A DNA stretch of 63,796 nt, filler included, from Octopus bimaculoides (lineage: Eukaryota), in assembly GCF_001194135.2 (NCBI RefSeq). It is 6 parts of 6 records of this genome, joined end to end, with 100 filler letters (N's around TTAATTAATTAA, not from the genome) between each part and the next. Parts side by side here need not be neighbours in the genome. Positions count along the whole stretch, not along the records: positions 59,533 to 63,796 come from NC_068987.1; 5 more parts are not named here. One strand, given 5' to 3'. The notes beneath the pieces are model-generated. The model saw only the letters and a list, made by a program, of their open reading frames with translations, made no database searches and had not been told where the DNA came from. Shown here piece after piece: positions 62,680 through 63,796 of the stretch; positions within the stretch are counted from its first letter, which is position 1, and each line of letters starts with the position of its first letter. Both the position numbers and the translations under genes were made by a program.

Positions 62680-63130
62680 TACGTAGGCCCGCCCACACTG
62701 TCAGCAGCCCGGCTTTTATACGTGTGACCTAGAGGCTGCATCCACATTCCCTGTGTCATGTCTATTTTTAACTTGTTTACAAGAAAAATCTCGACAGGCG
62801 ACCAGTTAAGTTGGTTGAGAAAAAAAAGAAAAAAGAAAAAGTTAAAAAGCAGCAGGCCCGCTCAAACAAAGCCTCTTTCTAACGAAGCCTCTTATTGGTT
62901 TTGTCACACTGACCTATATCCAGCCTAGCTTCATACCGGTCCGATAGGAATCTGTGAAAAACGGTATTAGAGTGGAAGATTTCCACTCAGATCTGTCGCA
63001 TGAAAATAGAAATAGTTTGGGATTGATGCAGGAAATTATATAAGAGCCTGCTTTTATCGACAGGCGATGTGAAGTACGTTTTCCGATGGCGGTACTATAG
63101 CAACCAATGAGAAAAGCGCTTACGTTAAAG
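62680..63130. promoter_or_regulatory. Candidate Pol II promoter or enhancer motif cluster
   Basis: GC box 62686-62695, minus-strand TATAAAAG 62720-62713, CCAAT boxes at 62894-62898 (minus) and 63104-63108 (plus, AACCAATGAG), TGTTTAC at about 62774, and an 11-bp direct repeat at 62791 and 63057. Motif evidence only. Confidence 0.3.
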
Positions 63131-63346
63131 TAGGTCAATTCCTACGCCCTGCCCTGCTTTATCACTGTGTGTGCGTGAGTGTGTTCGTTGTACTACATAC
63201 AGTCTGGTGTATGTGTATATTAGTTAGTGTATATCGTTGTGTATGTATTTAGCTCTGGCATGTATGTGTGTAAGTTTGGTCTGGTTATATGAATGGCCTG
63301 TCTGTGAGTCACATCCGCACACAGACACAAAACGTGTAACATATGA

Positions 63347-63385
<39 letters not shown>

Positions 63386-63748
63386 GTATATGTGTGTGTG
63401 TGTGTGTGTATGTGTAGGTCTCTGAGTATATACTTAACATCACAATATATAGTCTGTGATTGTGTAGCACACGGATATATATATATATATATACTCGAAT
63501 ATGTTGATGTGTATCACAAACTCAAAAATGTGTATATATGTTTACACTAACATAGTATCTTGTGTGTGTATGTGTGTGTACGTGTGTGTGTGTGAGTGTG
63601 CGTGCGTATGGCTTTTGTCTCGCTGACCGAAAAACAGCGAGAAAATGCACTTGTTTTATAGCAAAAGTAAAAATATGCATGGTGGCGGGGATATTATGTC
63701 TCAAATACATGACTGTGCTTGGTCTACAGGGATACATACCTGAGTTAC

Positions 63749-63796
<48 letters not shown>

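Overview
AT-rich, repeat-dense eukaryotic genomic DNA from a gapped draft assembly. It has about 20 N-runs; most abut (AT)n/(AG)n/(AC)n microsatellites, and five are 100-bp placeholders of the form N44-TTAATTAATTAA-N44. The SINE, LINE and microsatellite repertoire resembles that of octopus (coleoid cephalopod); this is inferred from repeat content, not from a search. I find no intact host protein-coding gene, rRNA, true tRNA or CRISPR array. Almost all ORFs in the track are microsatellite or N-gap artefacts. The real coding content is decayed transposon sequence: an R4/Dong-type LINE lacking its RT, RTE-type LINE pieces (one ending in three C2H2 fingers), L1/Tx1-type pieces, several Penelope-like pieces of two types, two Tc1/mariner transposase relics, and mariner, piggyBac and hAT MITEs. 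Three tRNA-derived SINE families occur in many copies. The most interesting items are the in-frame RT-deleted R4/Dong derivative, the zinc-finger RTE whose lesions are mostly G-to-A, candidate HDV-like and hammerhead ribozyme folds inside repeats, a 46-bp near-perfect hairpin, an unexplained CpG-rich island and a promoter-like motif cluster near the right end. Boundaries of degenerate elements are approximate.
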